Shown: positions 1 to 13,671 of the stretch, piece after piece
How positions within the stretch are numbered: position 1 is the first letter of the stretch
Layout: each line of letters starts with the position of its first letter
Origin: Laetmonice hystrix
Taxonomy: Eukaryota
Direction: 5' to 3'
Length of the DNA stretch: 64,000 nt
Assembly: GCA_965235115.1 (NCBI GenBank)
Contig: OZ249441.1
Coordinates: 25,296,001 to 25,360,000, forward strand
The notes under the pieces: generated by a model
Databases searched by the model: none
Seen by the model: the letters and a program-made list of their open reading frames with translations, nothing else
What the model was told of the DNA's origin: nothing
Made by a program: the position numbers and the translations under genes

Positions 1-168
1 ATAGAACCTACTTGTGCTGCATACGCAGCGAAAACACGTCGGAGGACAAAATGCTGCACATGGTAGGATTATTTACTTGGATACCTAGTACACGGTCATG
101 TTGGATAATTGCCGGAAATCCTCAAAAACGTGTTTCATAGCATGCCCCTTTAAGGCATCGTCATGATG

Positions 169-679
169 CATAGGCGTGGGAACTGTATTTTCATTTGGGT
201 GGGGGGGGGGGGGCAGGGAACAGACCCCGCCCCGTACCAAAAATCCTGGACTCCTCCTGCCTTCATCATATGCTGCCTTCAACAGGTTAACTTTGTCTCG
301 TTACTGCTGCCTCCAGAGGCCTCCAGGGTTTCCTGGAGATTTTCGACTTTTTTTTGGGGGGGGGGGGGGATGGTGCGAGTTTCGGGGGGGGGGGGGAGTA
401 ATGCAAAATATTTCCCTCTGAAATCTTTTTTTGGGGGGGGAGTAGCTGAATAATGGGGCGGGGGGAAGTGCCCCCCCCCCCAAAAAAAAAGGGCCTGCAG
501 GAAACCCTGGGCCTCTGTGGCCCAAACTGGCCAAAGCTATAAGTGTGACTTTCCTTTAACCTCATTTTTGGTCTCCTGGCAGTGGCATCTCTGGTAATAG
601 AATATAATAGTGGCAAATAAGGGGGGGGGGAGACTATACTAACCCCCCCCCCCCTTGGCCCCCGGTCCCCACGCCTATG
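169..679. mobile_element. G/C-homopolymer-rich non-autonomous DNA transposon (MITE) with 15-bp TIR and apparent 3-bp TSD
   Basis: Left end CATAGGCGTGGGAAC (169-183) and right end GTCCCCACGCCTATG (665-679) are inverse complements at 14/15 positions. ATG flanks both ends (166-168, 680-682). There is an internal perfect 13-bp inverted repeat, CCAGGGTTTCCTG (323-335) / CAGGAAACCCTGG (498-510), plus multiple poly-G and poly-C runs. No coding capacity. Confidence 0.75.
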
Positions 680-3600
680 ATGTCTCCTTTACATGTACCG
701 AATGTACGTGGCTTTGAGTTCAAATGTTCAAAACTGCTTCCCTGTCAATTTAAAATGTGATGTTCACTGTTACCAATATATATGTCATTTACATACACCT
801 CATGGTTATACAACTTGTGTACGGTAATACGTGTACATGTACTGATATTTTTTGTTAGATACAGGTTGAATTGCAGATTTATATTCGTTATCTCCTACCT
901 AGCCTATAATAACCAATTGGCATTAATTATGTTTATGTCTTGTTTTACACTTGCCTTACAAGTATGAAATGATTGTCATATGTTTGTTACTGTATTTTAA
1001 TACTGTGGTCCTGTCTTACGATACGTTGACATTGTATATAAATGATGTCAAGTGTTTGTATTCAAAGTTTTTGCTGTCGTCATTTTGCTACTATATATAG
1101 GTAGTATAATAAATACGGCATAGTTGCTGTCTGTTTCCACTCTGACTAAACTGAAATTGCTTCGCTGTCATGACTTTTATCGAAGAACATCAAATAACGT
1201 TCTTTGTTGATATTTTATGTATGCTGTTAATCCTTGTCATATGTACCCCCTTTCCCCCGAATACTTCTTTAGGATCCATTATCTCATGTACCGGTACCTA
1301 GTTTTTGCATTCGTATCAATCACCGTTTAAAAAATCTTTTTTACATGTTTACCTTAGCCTAATTATATCCTTGGTCGTGGTAAACTTTAGTTGTTGTGCT
1401 GGCTAGCAGCCCAAAACCAGCTTTACCATCAGTTTATAAGGTGACCAATCGCAGGAATGTTGGCGGGACAAATAATTAACTGGGGTGGAAAGAGGGAAAG
1501 AGGGGAGGAGAGGGGAAGCACTTAGGGCTTTTGACCAAGATAATTATTATCACAATCATGACATTGTATACATTTAGAATGCATGTATTTTATATTTTTT
1601 ATTTGTTTTAATTTGCTTTATTTACCCTAGCACGACGTCAACGTTGCCGCTGGTTTACACTGTCTGCCAATTTTTTAATGTATAGATACTTTACCAATAA
1701 GTTTGTCCTGCGGTCTTCAGTTATGAAGCTTAATTGTGCAAAGGAATTTCTAGGATGTCGTGTGAGCCATTGGATTCCTAAATCAAACGGAATAACCGCA
1801 GGATCACACCTAACAAGACATGATGAAAGAACTATGAAAAAATGTTACTGAACTAAAGCAAATTTGTGTGAGAAACAACACTGCAGCGCAGAAAATCAGT
1901 TTCTTTATGTAGACCTCATAGATAATGTTTCCCGGTGGTATTTGGGATAAACTATATCATGAAATGTGGTGTTGTCACAAATTTAGAGCATTCAGAATAC
2001 ATGTAATCGTAATTAGCATATACAGTATACAACAATATGGAGAATAGCTTCATTTTGTTTTAATCTTCCTATTCTCTCAGAAAATTGTTACGGATCGCTC
2101 ATAAAAAGCTACTTTCATGTGGTAGTTATGGGCGTGTTTTGTTATCTTTTGCTTGGTGCTGATTAAAATACAACGTAGCGAGCTGCAGTAATATACAACA
2201 CAAAGGAACCACACATGTTGTCATGGCAATAACACAATATCAGTGATGCAACTTTAAACGGAATGAAAACCATAAAATTTGGGAATAAAGAAATTGCAGG
2301 CAAGTAATCTAGGGATGACGGACCTAACGTGACATAATCTTATGGCGCAGACTATGCCATGCTGGTTCTTGACTGCGTTATGGCAGGAGGGAGCATTGAT
2401 TTTATACCAGTATATGATTTGCATTGATGACATTTAGAACTTTGAGTCATGCGGTGTTTGGGCGTAGGAGTTGTTTCGAAACATCTTAGATTTAGTCAAC
2501 TCAAACTGTAAAGGCTGTCATATATCTACAAGCCACCTCCTCATGGCAAAACTAGTATCAACAGTCTCTGAGTATGTCTATGCGAAAGAGAGGATAACTT
2601 GCATCATTTCATGGTGTCTATGTTTCAGGTTTTATGGTCAGACATACAGTCATGGTATTGTGTTTAAATTTTATGTTTTAAAATCATGGGGGGGGGGGGG
2701 GGGGGGAGGTTATTAGGAGGCCACATAAGGTGGGTACGATGCCGCCGAGTTCTCAGTCTGTCCGCCAGATGGCTCGCCCGTCGGCTCCAATCGATGACCC
2801 GGAGGCGAGTAACTTTCCCGCCGCTGACGGTGGTCGGGATGTACGCCACAGAAAGTGGTCATGATGGCATTGTTACAAAGAGATTAGGGCCAGCGAGGTC
2901 AGCTGAGTACATTTTGATGGCATTTAAGGGGGAAGGGGGTGGGTATGTACCCTGAAGCATTGACATTTCCCAACCACTCCGTCAATCATCATCATGCACG
3001 AATACCTGTCGTATTGTTTTGTAACCGATGGCAACAATGTACCACTCCCATTTCTGCAGGCTGCAGCCCCCCCCCCTACCAACATCCATTTGTAATATTA
3101 TGTTGGTTTGCTTATTTTAGAAACCATCCAAGTCTACAGTAGAAAAGCAAGTTTTTAGATCCTCCAAGATTATCAGATTGCTTTTATAATTTATAATTTT
3201 ATAAAAAAAAAAAACAACTTTATATGATCATCAGAAAAATCGATCTTCCCCATTGAAGCTATTGTTATATTCGGCCCCAATCTTACAGGCTTTCAGTGGG
3301 TTGAAAGCACGACTTGATTTTAACACGCACACCTAAACTGAACATTTCAATAGACCAGTGATGACCAGCCCCGCACGACTTCCTATCACGATGTCTGTAC
3401 ATCCTGGCCCAGGTGGCACATCGTGTCGTGAAGATAACAAGTTAGTAGGAAGCATATTTCACCGAGATCAGAACAGTACGGAAACAGTGCCCATCAATAG
3501 ATTGTATTTTACCTGCAGGTTCAACTTGTATACAACATATGTCATCCAGACACTAGGGTATTGTATATTGGGGCGGGAGTACATAGCGTGCGGCATCAGT

Positions 3601-6226
3601 GCATATTGAAAATATGAAGGATAGATTTGAAATTTATCTTACTAACTGTAAGTGCATCCAGTCCGATCTCGGATTCCTGGATAGATACTGGTATGTATTG
3701 TATCGGCTCTGCAGAAGCCCCGAGACCAACCGCGCTCAGGTAATATATCGGAGTGCCTTTATGAACACGTACGATCGGCACCGAGTCGTCAGCACTCCTG
3801 GTGCTGCCTCCTGGTGGCCAGGGTTCACAGTTTATAGTGAACCGTGCCAATTTCAACGTCACTGTTTTGCACCCCCCAAAGAAACGGTCATTCATTAGTG
3901 ACCATAGGTCAGTGGGGCGGCTCACATCTTTGTGTCACCTGTAGGCAGATAAGGGGGTACCATCAAGGTGTGCAGATCACATTCTGATGAGACAATGACC
4001 AACTCACATGCAAACAGTTGCCGAGTGTCGTCGGTGGGGTGTCCTGGCCGACACGGCCATATGACCATGGGTGACCCTCGACTAATACATCATACACCAT
4101 ACACCGCGACTTCTGCTACAGCTCACCGACCACTGTATACATACAACCGCCGCTTATCATGCACCTGTCGCCATGATTATATATAATGGAAACATTTTCT
4201 TGCATTTTTCGTTTTTTAGCCATAAAACTATAGAAAAACGTGGAAATGATTTTCTAATGAAACATATGACGTAGTTAAGGCTGTTTTGTAACTGACCCCA
4301 TAGACCTGCGATTATTGTTTTCATGTTCAAACTTGTTTTCCTTGTCATGATGAGTCCTGGATCCCTTCAGTCCCGAATTCGACCTGGAGTTTAGAACTAC
4401 GCGCACCCCCTAACTCAGACCGTGTATGGGGAGTAGGTATATAAGCTTTGTTGGAGATTTTATCGGTTTTGTGGTGATTACCACCGATTACGACCTTGTT
4501 GTGATAGCCTTAGAATGGAGATTTATATTTACTGATTGGAGGCCCCGTCCGGTAGTAGATAATTTCCTTTCTCCATGCGGGTTTCTGTTCAAGTATTGGA
4601 TGGGAAGACTACAAGGAAACATTGTATACAAGTTGTCTTTATGACAATATGATTGAGGTAGTACTGCTGACACTGAAAGAGAATAACACCCCCCCCCCCC
4701 CAACCCCATTCAATCCCTCCTATAAACTGTAATATTGTGGATCCGCTATGTATTTGGTGATGGCGTAGATAATATGGGATGGCACTGTAGTGTTAATTTC
4801 AACCAATGCTTCGCTTGGCATGAGCCCAAGGAAACACGCGCCCCGAGACCTCCCGTTACACAGGAGTCAGCGGGGGTGTCCTAAATGACGGAGGATCCCT
4901 CTCCAGTGGTTGCACAGTTCCTGTCGGCGTCATGATCAAAGTGCTCCCCGGCAACGGCAGAGGTCGGCCGGCCGGTCTCCCCGTGCAGGCGGCACCGGGA
5001 CCCGCCAACAGGGAATGGGGGGTGGGGGTGCTGGAATACCGGCCGTGTCCGTCCGGCAAGTCGCACTGTGCCCGCGGCCGACGGTAGCAACCAACCCTTC
5101 ACGTCACGCCTCCTATTCTCAAACTTTCACCAGCTTCTGGTAAACTCTTTGATCAGCACCCCCCTTCCCCAATCCCAGCCCCCTTTTTTCTCATAAATTT
5201 ACTGCGTTGCAATTAGTTTTTCTCCCCGTTTGTGTCAAAGCCTTCTAATTAAACCCGGAGCAGATGAAACGAATTACCATGAATTGTCCTTGGAACGTAA
5301 TGAGTAATTGCATAACGAGAGGAGATGATAATTTTCATTTGATGTCTTGGTTACAAGTAAAAATTTGAGAGAGGATCGATGGTAGCATTTCCTGGGCTTC
5401 CTGCGTGGTCTTTTTGCACAGGGTTGTTGGTGCCAGCGCGTCTGGCTTGGTCCTGAAATATTCATTCTGCTCCAGTGGAGAGCTGAAATGACTGGACCTG
5501 GGCATTGTGTGGCGGTATTCGGAGTGGGCCGCTCCCTTCACCCCGTAATGTCCCATAATGAATTGTTTATGGCGGCCAGCGGAAGACGCATAAAAGACTT
5601 GGACTGAAGCGCTGCATTTACGTTGGTCTGATCGCCGTCCTGGTGGCCAGGGAGAGGGGGTTACCCCGGTACCTGAGCCCCCCCCCGGACTGGGGGACGC
5701 AGCCCTTGCTTCACACCCACCTGATCAACCGTCGTGGGGCAGCTACTGGCCGGCAGATTAAACAATGCTTACTATCGCATTGTAGCCATGATTTACTCAA
5801 CGAAATATCTTGAAGTGTGCAGGCAAATCAAATGTTTAAAAAAACAAGTCTGTTGATCCAAGTTGTCTGTTATAGCTAAACTTCCTATCGTTGGTTTGGC
5901 ATGTGATAACTAAAGTGCATGCATGCAGTTTCAAAGGTTGTCCCGGATGGTAAGTTTGTAGAATATCAATCACAGAACTCTTCCACAAAGTTTTCATAGG
6001 GAAGTTTTTAATCACATTTATTTCAACATGTTGGTTAGATTAAAAGTTCTCATGAATGCCTACTGGTCTCGAAGGTCCCCATTAAACTTACATTGTAAGA
6101 CCAGTCTAAACAAACAACTCACCGTTACCAATTTACCCTTCAGGCTATTTGTCTTAGGCGTTTGTGTAACTTTTTGTTAGCAACTTTTTTTTCGTCTTTG
6201 AGAAGCACGGCGGGCTTTAAAGGTCT

Positions 6227-6571
6227 TCATTTGGATCTCAGATAAATGAGGCAATGATTATGAAGGTTGTACAGGCTGTCTACAGCTGACTTGGGATCTT
6301 TCCGATCTGGCGTACAGTCAGTGTCTATGGTAGACATGAAGTGGACGTTAGAACAGTCAAGGCGGATAGCCGAGCTGGACGAGTGCTCAGCGGTATAGTT
6401 GACATAAGGTGGGTCAGCGTACCCTGCTCCCACATAATGGTCATGTCGCGTGGTGGATGCTACCCCTGACAGGTGGTAGGACAGCCTCACAGCGTCCAGG
6501 CTCAGGCTGTTCAGGGAGGGGGGGGGGGGTGAGGTGCGGCGGAGGGTGGTACGAGCTGTCCAGACACTCTG
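6227..6571 (-). CDS. Possible unannotated coding exon, unknown product
   Basis: The frame is stop-free from ~6596 to 6227. There is a pyrimidine-rich acceptor (CTCTGTTCTCTTCCTGGTGGTCAG) before 6571, and the translation is protein-like (SLNSLSLDAVRLSYHLSGVASTTRHDHYVGAGYADPPYVNYTAEH). I recognise no family. Confidence 0.2.
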   Translation of the reverse strand, partial: QSVWTARTTLRRTSPPPPSLNSLSLDAVRLSYHLSGVASTTRHDHYVGAGYADPPYVNYTAEHSSSSAIRLDCSNVHFMSTIDTDCTPDRKDPKSAVDSLYNLHNHCLIYLRSK

Positions 6572-9500
6572 ACCACCAGGAAGAGAACAGAGGCATCATG
6601 GGATTTTCTCTCTTAAAAATTCCGTGAGATTCCTCATAATTTCTACCAGTAAGACATGATTGCTGTTCAGTCTCTCAAATCTGTGGATTTCGTAAAGAGA
6701 TGGATGAAGATAACACAGACAATGAGACAAACATATAACGGAGAGGTGACAGGTGGGCACTGTCCAGTTATAGCATGTCGGCTCAGTTAGAGTTGACCCC
6801 GCCCGGACTTCCTGTCTGACCTTTGACGTTGTCTTAATGGCTGCATTTTAACCGCAAGGAGGGTGGTCATCAATTACTCCAAACAATTGCGGATAGCTTC
6901 GACAATGGAGTAGGCCTTATACAATTGTTTTACTAGATGACCTGTATAGATATAATCTCAGCAACCGAATCCCACTACGCTGAGAAGTCCCTACATCTTA
7001 CCGGCTGGCCTGTAGTAGCCATGCAAACACTACAGTGAGGTAGTGGAAATGAAAGGTACAGACGAGGAGCATCGTTTATGGCAAGCAAAATGAAAAAAAT
7101 ATGGTAATGTTTTCATAGTTTCTTTGAAGTGTGCTGAAGACCACAATGAGATTTGAAACTATGAAAACATGTATATATGCATTACAATTGTAGTGAGAAG
7201 TTGGACATGTAGATGGTTTCCTGGATTGAGTAAAGCTTTAATCTTGTATTGTCCTGGGAGGTAATATTTCATCATTATTCATGGCGGTGTACCTGGTTCG
7301 AACGGCTCACTTTGAAAAGCAACCTACTCAGACAATTATCCCAAGCGACACTATTTGGTTGAGTTTCCGGAGTAATGCATCACCCTGGTCAGAATTCTCA
7401 GCGATGAATGATTCATTTTTGTCTCTTATACGCATAATCTTTCTTTGAATTCCTAATGCTTTATATTGTGGCCCCTTACTACATTTTCAAAATAATAGGT
7501 TGTTAACCATGGCAGTTGGTATGAAGCCGGGGAAGGGTTTGCATGTTTACGATTCCAAGTGTTCGGTGGTAATGGCTTGGGGGTGATCAGTGGCAGGTGT
7601 GCACGAAGACTAAAAGTGGTTCGTCATCATCCAAGACCCCATGCATTGCGCGCGCGGCCGCTGCGTAACGGGGAACATTGCTGTTCTTGGCAAGTTGCGG
7701 GTCCAGTCAGCACTCAAAGCCATGAAACAAACACGATCCCAAAACTTGATAGAAGCTAACAAAAGGTTACTCTAGTCTCATTGAACATTTTCTATTGAAG
7801 TGTGCGCCCCATTGAGACTGGTGTTGCATTGATAAATTTGATATGCACGCATAATCCTGGTGCTTTACCAAGACTGGTCATAATTCGCGTCTTTACTTCT
7901 GATGTTTGTATAAACAAATTTACAGTTTTTATTTTTCAATTAGGTGCTAGCTCTGTCAAATATCAGCGTTATAACACTCATACTTTCTCGGGTTTCTATA
8001 TGTCTGATACTTTGCTGTATGGGAATACAGGAGTACCTTGGTAGTAAGTATGTACCGAAGTGAATGATGTCACGGCCTCCCTGGCCAGTGAGCATCTGCA
8101 AGAATTCTGATGTAGTTTCCCTCCATAGCGCAGTCTCAGGTTTCTAATGGTCTTGGATAAAACACACATTACGGCGGCTGACCTGTGACACTGCGCGCAG
8201 TGATATGCGACACCCGATATGTGATACGGCTTGCTGCCACTGTTGGCAAAGATAACTGCAGTGACTTTGAGCTCATGAAAACCGCGTTATTACCATAATC
8301 ATCCAGGTTGGTCCTGAACTGTTACCTGCTGATTGAAAGGCATACGCCGAAGGGAAGCTGATTTCAGAGCGAGTGTTGGTGTGAAGTTTACCTGAGTAAC
8401 TACCTTTAAAACTTTCACAGTCTTCTTTTTACAAATCCTTATTTGCATTCACTGTTATTGAAAAAGTAGGGGGGTGTATAAATACATGTTTTGTATAGTG
8501 GTGCTACACATGTCGAACTATGGCTGCAGTTATGGTTTAGAACTGATACCATAGAATCATATCGCTTATATCGTCAACCCCAGGCTTTCGTATGCTTTTT
8601 TCATACTCATGTATACTAGATCGTTCAAATTGAGCCAGTTAATTACTGATGTATTCATTCCTAGGATGCTTCTAGTATATTGAACTATTGCAGTTTTTCA
8701 AGAGAATCCTTTTAAATAACACCTATAAATAATAATGTTCGACACAGCCTTCCCTAGAACATGCCAACTTTGGAAGAACCTGTTGACATCTATATATCTA
8801 GCTAATTGAAAAATAATAGGGTACCAGTACCCGTCAGGTGCTAATTGCTGACAACTGTGCCATGTCGCTAAAAAAACAAGTGTCACTTTGCAAGGGCTAA
8901 GCCATACACTGATGCTACTGCTATCGAGTTCGTGGAATTGGAGAGGATGGGACGTTTATGGGGGTAATCAGTTACATATCTGACAAGTATGAGAGCTTGA
9001 AAGGATAACCTGGGTTTTAGTGAACGTTCAAAAAAATCTCATGTTGAGGTCAAAAACTGTTCTTCATTCCGTTGTTCGCTGTTTCTACGTCAATGAAACT
9101 GGGAACCAGTGTTGCTCCAAGTGTTGTTATTTCCAGGCAGCCTGACAGAAGTTGCTTTGATAACATAAATACTCGATTAGGTGTATCATTAGTTAACGTT
9201 GTGGGTTCAGGTAATTACTAGGAACAAAATATAGACGTAAAAGGGCCATTAGGACTGACAGGCTTTGATAACAACGATTTCAACACATGTGATGTGGTAA
9301 TATCAAACTGGATAAAACTGTAATATTGGGTTTAATGAACTTCACACAAATACAAGTTACTAAGGATCCCCTGTTGATCACACTATGTTTAGTGGCTCCA
9401 GAAATAACGGAGGGGAGAGGATTTGATAGTGAGGACTGGGGGCTTTCCTACATATTAATTACACCGAACAGCAGCTGCAGAAAATTAAATTCTCCAAATG

Positions 9501-12500
9501 ACCCCGCAATCATTCTGTAATTTATATTTTAGCTGTGCCAATCGCGTACTTAATTGGGCCCGATAATGCGCCGTGAGTTTGTTAAGAAAAACCTAGAGTG
9601 AGCACTTAAGTATGCGTTTGCATGTTGTGGAACACTCAGTGCCAGTGCTTCACCCGCAATGAATCCAGAGGGGATTCACTGCCAATGAGCAAATTCAAAT
9701 TTCGCTCGACAGTGAGATTGGTCATCGGACAGGGGCGAAATGGTGGGCAGTGTTTTTGATTGTGCTGGGAGCAGGCAGACTCTCTCAAGTATGGCCGTGC
9801 CGCGTATGTTCATTAATGCTTCAGATTGCCCAATTGTTGGAGAAGGAGTAATTTGGATGAAACAATGAACACTATGTCTTGTAGAATGGACGGCGGGATC
9901 GAGCATGACAGATGTGTGATGAACATGTCTTGTCGCGGCCATCAGCCCGCACTCTGGCTCCTGATAGACAGGAAACATCATTACACAACCGCTCAGCGAA
10001 TAAACAATGCTATTGGATCAAAATTCATGTCTTTGGGCAGATACCAATGTGTGGATAAATATTAAATGGCATTTATTGTGGCAATCATTATTCCAGCCTT
10101 AGCTCTACTCTTAGCATGAACTGTTTTGTTGGAATGCCTATAATGAAACACTTTCAACGAGAAGCAGATGTCTTTGGTATAATTTGACTATTTTTCTGCA
10201 AGGATCGTGACAGAACAATTACTAAGAAAGGACCGATTTGAACTTGATAGACCTTTCTGACTTCTATTGATAAGAGAAGTCACCTCCTTCTGTCATAAGA
10301 TAACAGATAACATCATTAGAAGATTCACTCTTGACAGCAAATTTATGTCTCGCAAGAGAAAGAAACTTTTTGCTGTGAGGGTTTGTTCTATATGTGACTG
10401 TCGTCAGAACCCCTGATTACATCAACATCCAGTGCAGGTGACTGTTCACAGGGGAGGAGGTAAGAAACCAGGCTACCAAATGGAGGGCGTATATGTAAAG
10501 TTTACGACTTAGAACATACTAGGGACGGACTAGGGTGACTCAGAGAACAATTTTGTTCCGTTGCCTTTCTTGTCAAAGAACAGTTCACATGCCTGAAGGT
10601 CACACAATTAACTTAGCTCCGAGTTATCAAAGGAAATAGCTACAGCAGCGACGACTTGGTGTCATATTGCCACACAGATCCATGCTTGTGTAAATGCCAA
10701 GGAATTGTGGTGAAGGACGTTTGACAGACACGAGGCCTGTGTACTCCAAGCCGAGCATCGTCTTGCACCTGGGCCCGCCTCATGCGGCACGTGGGGAGGG
10801 ACCTCGTAAGGTTTACCAAGTCCCCGGTCAAGTCAGCGTTCAGACTGTGGTCGGTGATCAAATTCAGGTGTGTGGCGTTCTCAAATCTTTACCTGCGTCT
10901 TCGCCTTTGATGGTTGCAGGATGGCTCAGTCAAGGGGGCAGTGCCGTGACGAATGTTGTGTGGGTTGTCTTCATGAAGTTGAGGCGAGGGGATTCGGTGC
11001 TTCTGCTACATCTGTTCACAATTTCATTGTACCTTCAATACCGACTGGCAAAATCAGTCCCCCCCCCCTCTTGTTGGGGGAGGGGGGGGGGGGGTTCGTT
11101 TGAACTTTTATTATTGGTCTGGGCTCTGATGCTGTGTGAAGGGCTGTACTAGTTCTGGGCAAGTACGAAATTTCACTATTGCACGGACCCTACCTCACCC
11201 GCATAACCTACACCCCCATTACATCCCCTAGTCACTTTAGTTAACCTTTAGTAAGATCTATTTCCTTGTATAATGCTTACAATGATGCTGCAATGACCAA
11301 AGGTCAGTGTAGGGTTATAAAACTAGGTTGATTTTATGCGCGGTGCCCCTATGCTGGACACATTGGGTGCACGCTACAGTCAGGATCTAGTGGAAACAGT
11401 GATGTAAGTAGTATATGGAATTGGAGGCTTTTATCGGGTAATTTTGACCCAACTTTTCGTCATGACATAACATTTTCTACCTCCATCGCCCACAGTACAG
11501 GCACACTGAGGATTAATGATGATGGATGCAGACTTTGTACGTGCCGTTCGCCATCAGCCTGGTCGTGTACAAGCACAAGGCGCGCTGATGATCCCGATTC
11601 ATGAAACATTCACGCTGACAAGATGGGGACGTCAGACAAGATTAAGCTCTGCAGTATAAAAAGTTTGATGCAGATGGCGGAATGACCTTTCGAGGCGGAA
11701 TCACTAAAGGGTATCCCGTATGAGATCATACATTACATGAATAACAGCAACGTCTATGGTCGGATTGTCGACGTGCATCCATGAACGAGACCAGTTTTAA
11801 AGGTCCCATGCACTCACCATACACGTTTGTGCAAAGAAACACTTTATGCAAGCTCGTCGAGGTTAACCTGAAATCAACATAGTGAAAGTATGGCATTCAG
11901 AACTAAAAGACTTACAGGTACAAGTACATCTCTCCAGATGTGCTGTACATAAGTACAACCCTATCTTTCTATGTTTAAAGCGTTATAGTGTAGCGGGACG
12001 GTCGGGCCGTCACTGAAGGGAAGTCAGGTGGGGGTGGCTATATCAACCGCTGCCTGCTGAACAGAATGATGGCGGGTGTTCAACACAACATGTGTGGCAC
12101 ATCACACATCATTGTTTATAGTCATGCAGTATGCGTTCTGTGTCATCATAGACTTTACAATGAATGTTCAGCTTAGACTATTCGGTGTTACGCATAGGTT
12201 GTTGTACATGTATAACATCAAAGGCAAAGACACAGATATCATCTGTATTGTTTGTCCCATATAACGTAACACATGTTACAAAGAATGTGAATTTTTTGAT
12301 CATTATATAAAATATAACATGAGACACAGAAAGTCCTGTATGTGTCATACACAGAACGTGAATATATTCATTATTAACATCAAATAACATCAGAGAGGCC
12401 TGGAGACATGAAAGTGTAGACTCGAGGTTTACATGTGATGAGAGTAAGAGCTAGCATGGTTGGTCGTGGATTTGTTGATAAGGTGCCACCCTACCTGGAT

Positions 12501-12670
12501 GACTTCTGTGACATGAAATATTAAAAAACAATTACTGGTTACTACATCAATCAAACAATTATTAACTTGTTACCCGGCACGATAACTTGAACATCATTTG
12601 GGGTGATATATAAAAACACTTTAATCTTGGTCCTATTGCAAATGTAAGTGACCGTTATGGGGTACATGTA

Positions 12671-13181
12671 CACTGCACTGCGGGGGGGAGGGTGCTGGGG
12701 GTGCGCACCCCCTCTCACCCCAAGTGCCCTTTTCTCTCACTCCAAGTGCCCTTTTTTTATTTTTCCGAAAGATATTTAAAATTTAAATGTCTAATTGTCT
12801 AGGCCTATAGCCGCCTATTAGACTATAGGCCTAAAGGCTGGTCTATATCGTATGGAGCCCCGGAGGTGACATGCTGAAAATAATTTATTATTATTAATTT
12901 GTGGCCACGAATTACTAAACCTTGGCCACGAATTACTAAACCATGGCCACGAATTACTAAACCGTGGCCATGGTTTAGTAATCCGTGCGCACGGTTTAGT
13001 AATCCGTGCGCACGGATTAAAAAAAAATATTTTCAGCATGTCACCTCCGGGGCTCCATACTATGGTATATCTGGGTGGTGCCACTTTTATTTGACTGTGT
13101 AGGTTACCCACTGGGGGGGGGGATGCCCTTTTTCCATAGCACCCCCCTGTCTTGAAATCCGAAATCCTGGATCCGTCCCTG
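12671..13181. mobile_element. Degenerate G/C-rich element of the CAGGGGCGGATCCAG-terminus type; host of the nested MITE at 12850-13060
   Basis: The right end AAATCCTGGATCCGTCCCTG (to 13181) resembles the termini at 63361/63679 and the relic at ~240-258. It has G-run/C-run hairpins at 12681-12720 and 13112-13147. The left terminus is degraded, so the left boundary is approximate. Confidence 0.45.
12850..13060. mobile_element. Foldback-type MITE with perfect 33-bp TIRs and inverted arrays of a 21-bp subterminal repeat
   Basis: GTATGGAGCCCCGGAGGTGACATGCTGAAAATA (12850-12882) is the exact reverse complement of 13028-13060. The interior holds three direct copies of TGGCCACGAATTACTAAACCN followed by about 2.5 inverted copies (GGTTTAGTAATCCGTGCGCAC). 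The TSD is ambiguous (AT/TAT). Confidence 0.88.
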
Positions 13182-13458
13182 ACGTGGAATCATTTATGTC
13201 TCATTATTTGACAATTAACACTTAATTAGAGAATAAAGATAAATTAAAAACCAGAAAAGTGCTATTAAAACACTACTCTTACTATAAATTAGTGATCTTA
13301 AACGAGAAAGTGTTCTGGTAATTATAGACATAAGGCTTTTGAAAGCTTTAAATTTAATGAAGAGGCTCTCAGTGACGAAAAGGCTAATACATGAATTGTA
13401 GTCTTGGATAAAAAAAAAAAAACCGAGCCAAGATCAGTTTGGTTCGTATCGAGATGAT

Positions 13459-13565
13459 TTCCACCTTCAAATGTTACTTTTTAAGTTTAGTTTCTGTTAA
13501 TGATTACCTGCTTCCACCTTCAAATGTTACTTTTTAAGTTTAGTTTCTGTTAATGATTAGCTGCT
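13459..13565. repeat. 53-bp perfect tandem duplication
   Basis: TTCCACCTTCAAATGTTACTTTTTAAGTTTAGTTTCTGTTAATGATTA(C/G)CTGC starts at 13459 and again at 13512, with one mismatch. Confidence 0.92.
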
Positions 13566-13627
13566 CAACAAAGGGACCGAACTAAGAGCTGACAATAACA
13601 AATTAGCATTTTAGTCACTGGGGAGGT

Positions 13628-13671
13628 GTTCATGGTGGGGTGGGGTGGGGTGGGGGTGGGGGTTCATGGTG
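13628..13671 (+). repeat. (GGGGT)n G-quadruplex-forming tract flanked by a 10-bp direct repeat
   Basis: GTTCATGGTG occurs at 13628-13637 and 13662-13671 and brackets five runs of 4-5 G. Confidence 0.7.

Noticed and set aside
85-616. Gly/Pro-rich short ORFs
   Set aside because: They are translations of poly-G and poly-C runs inside the MITE at 169-679.
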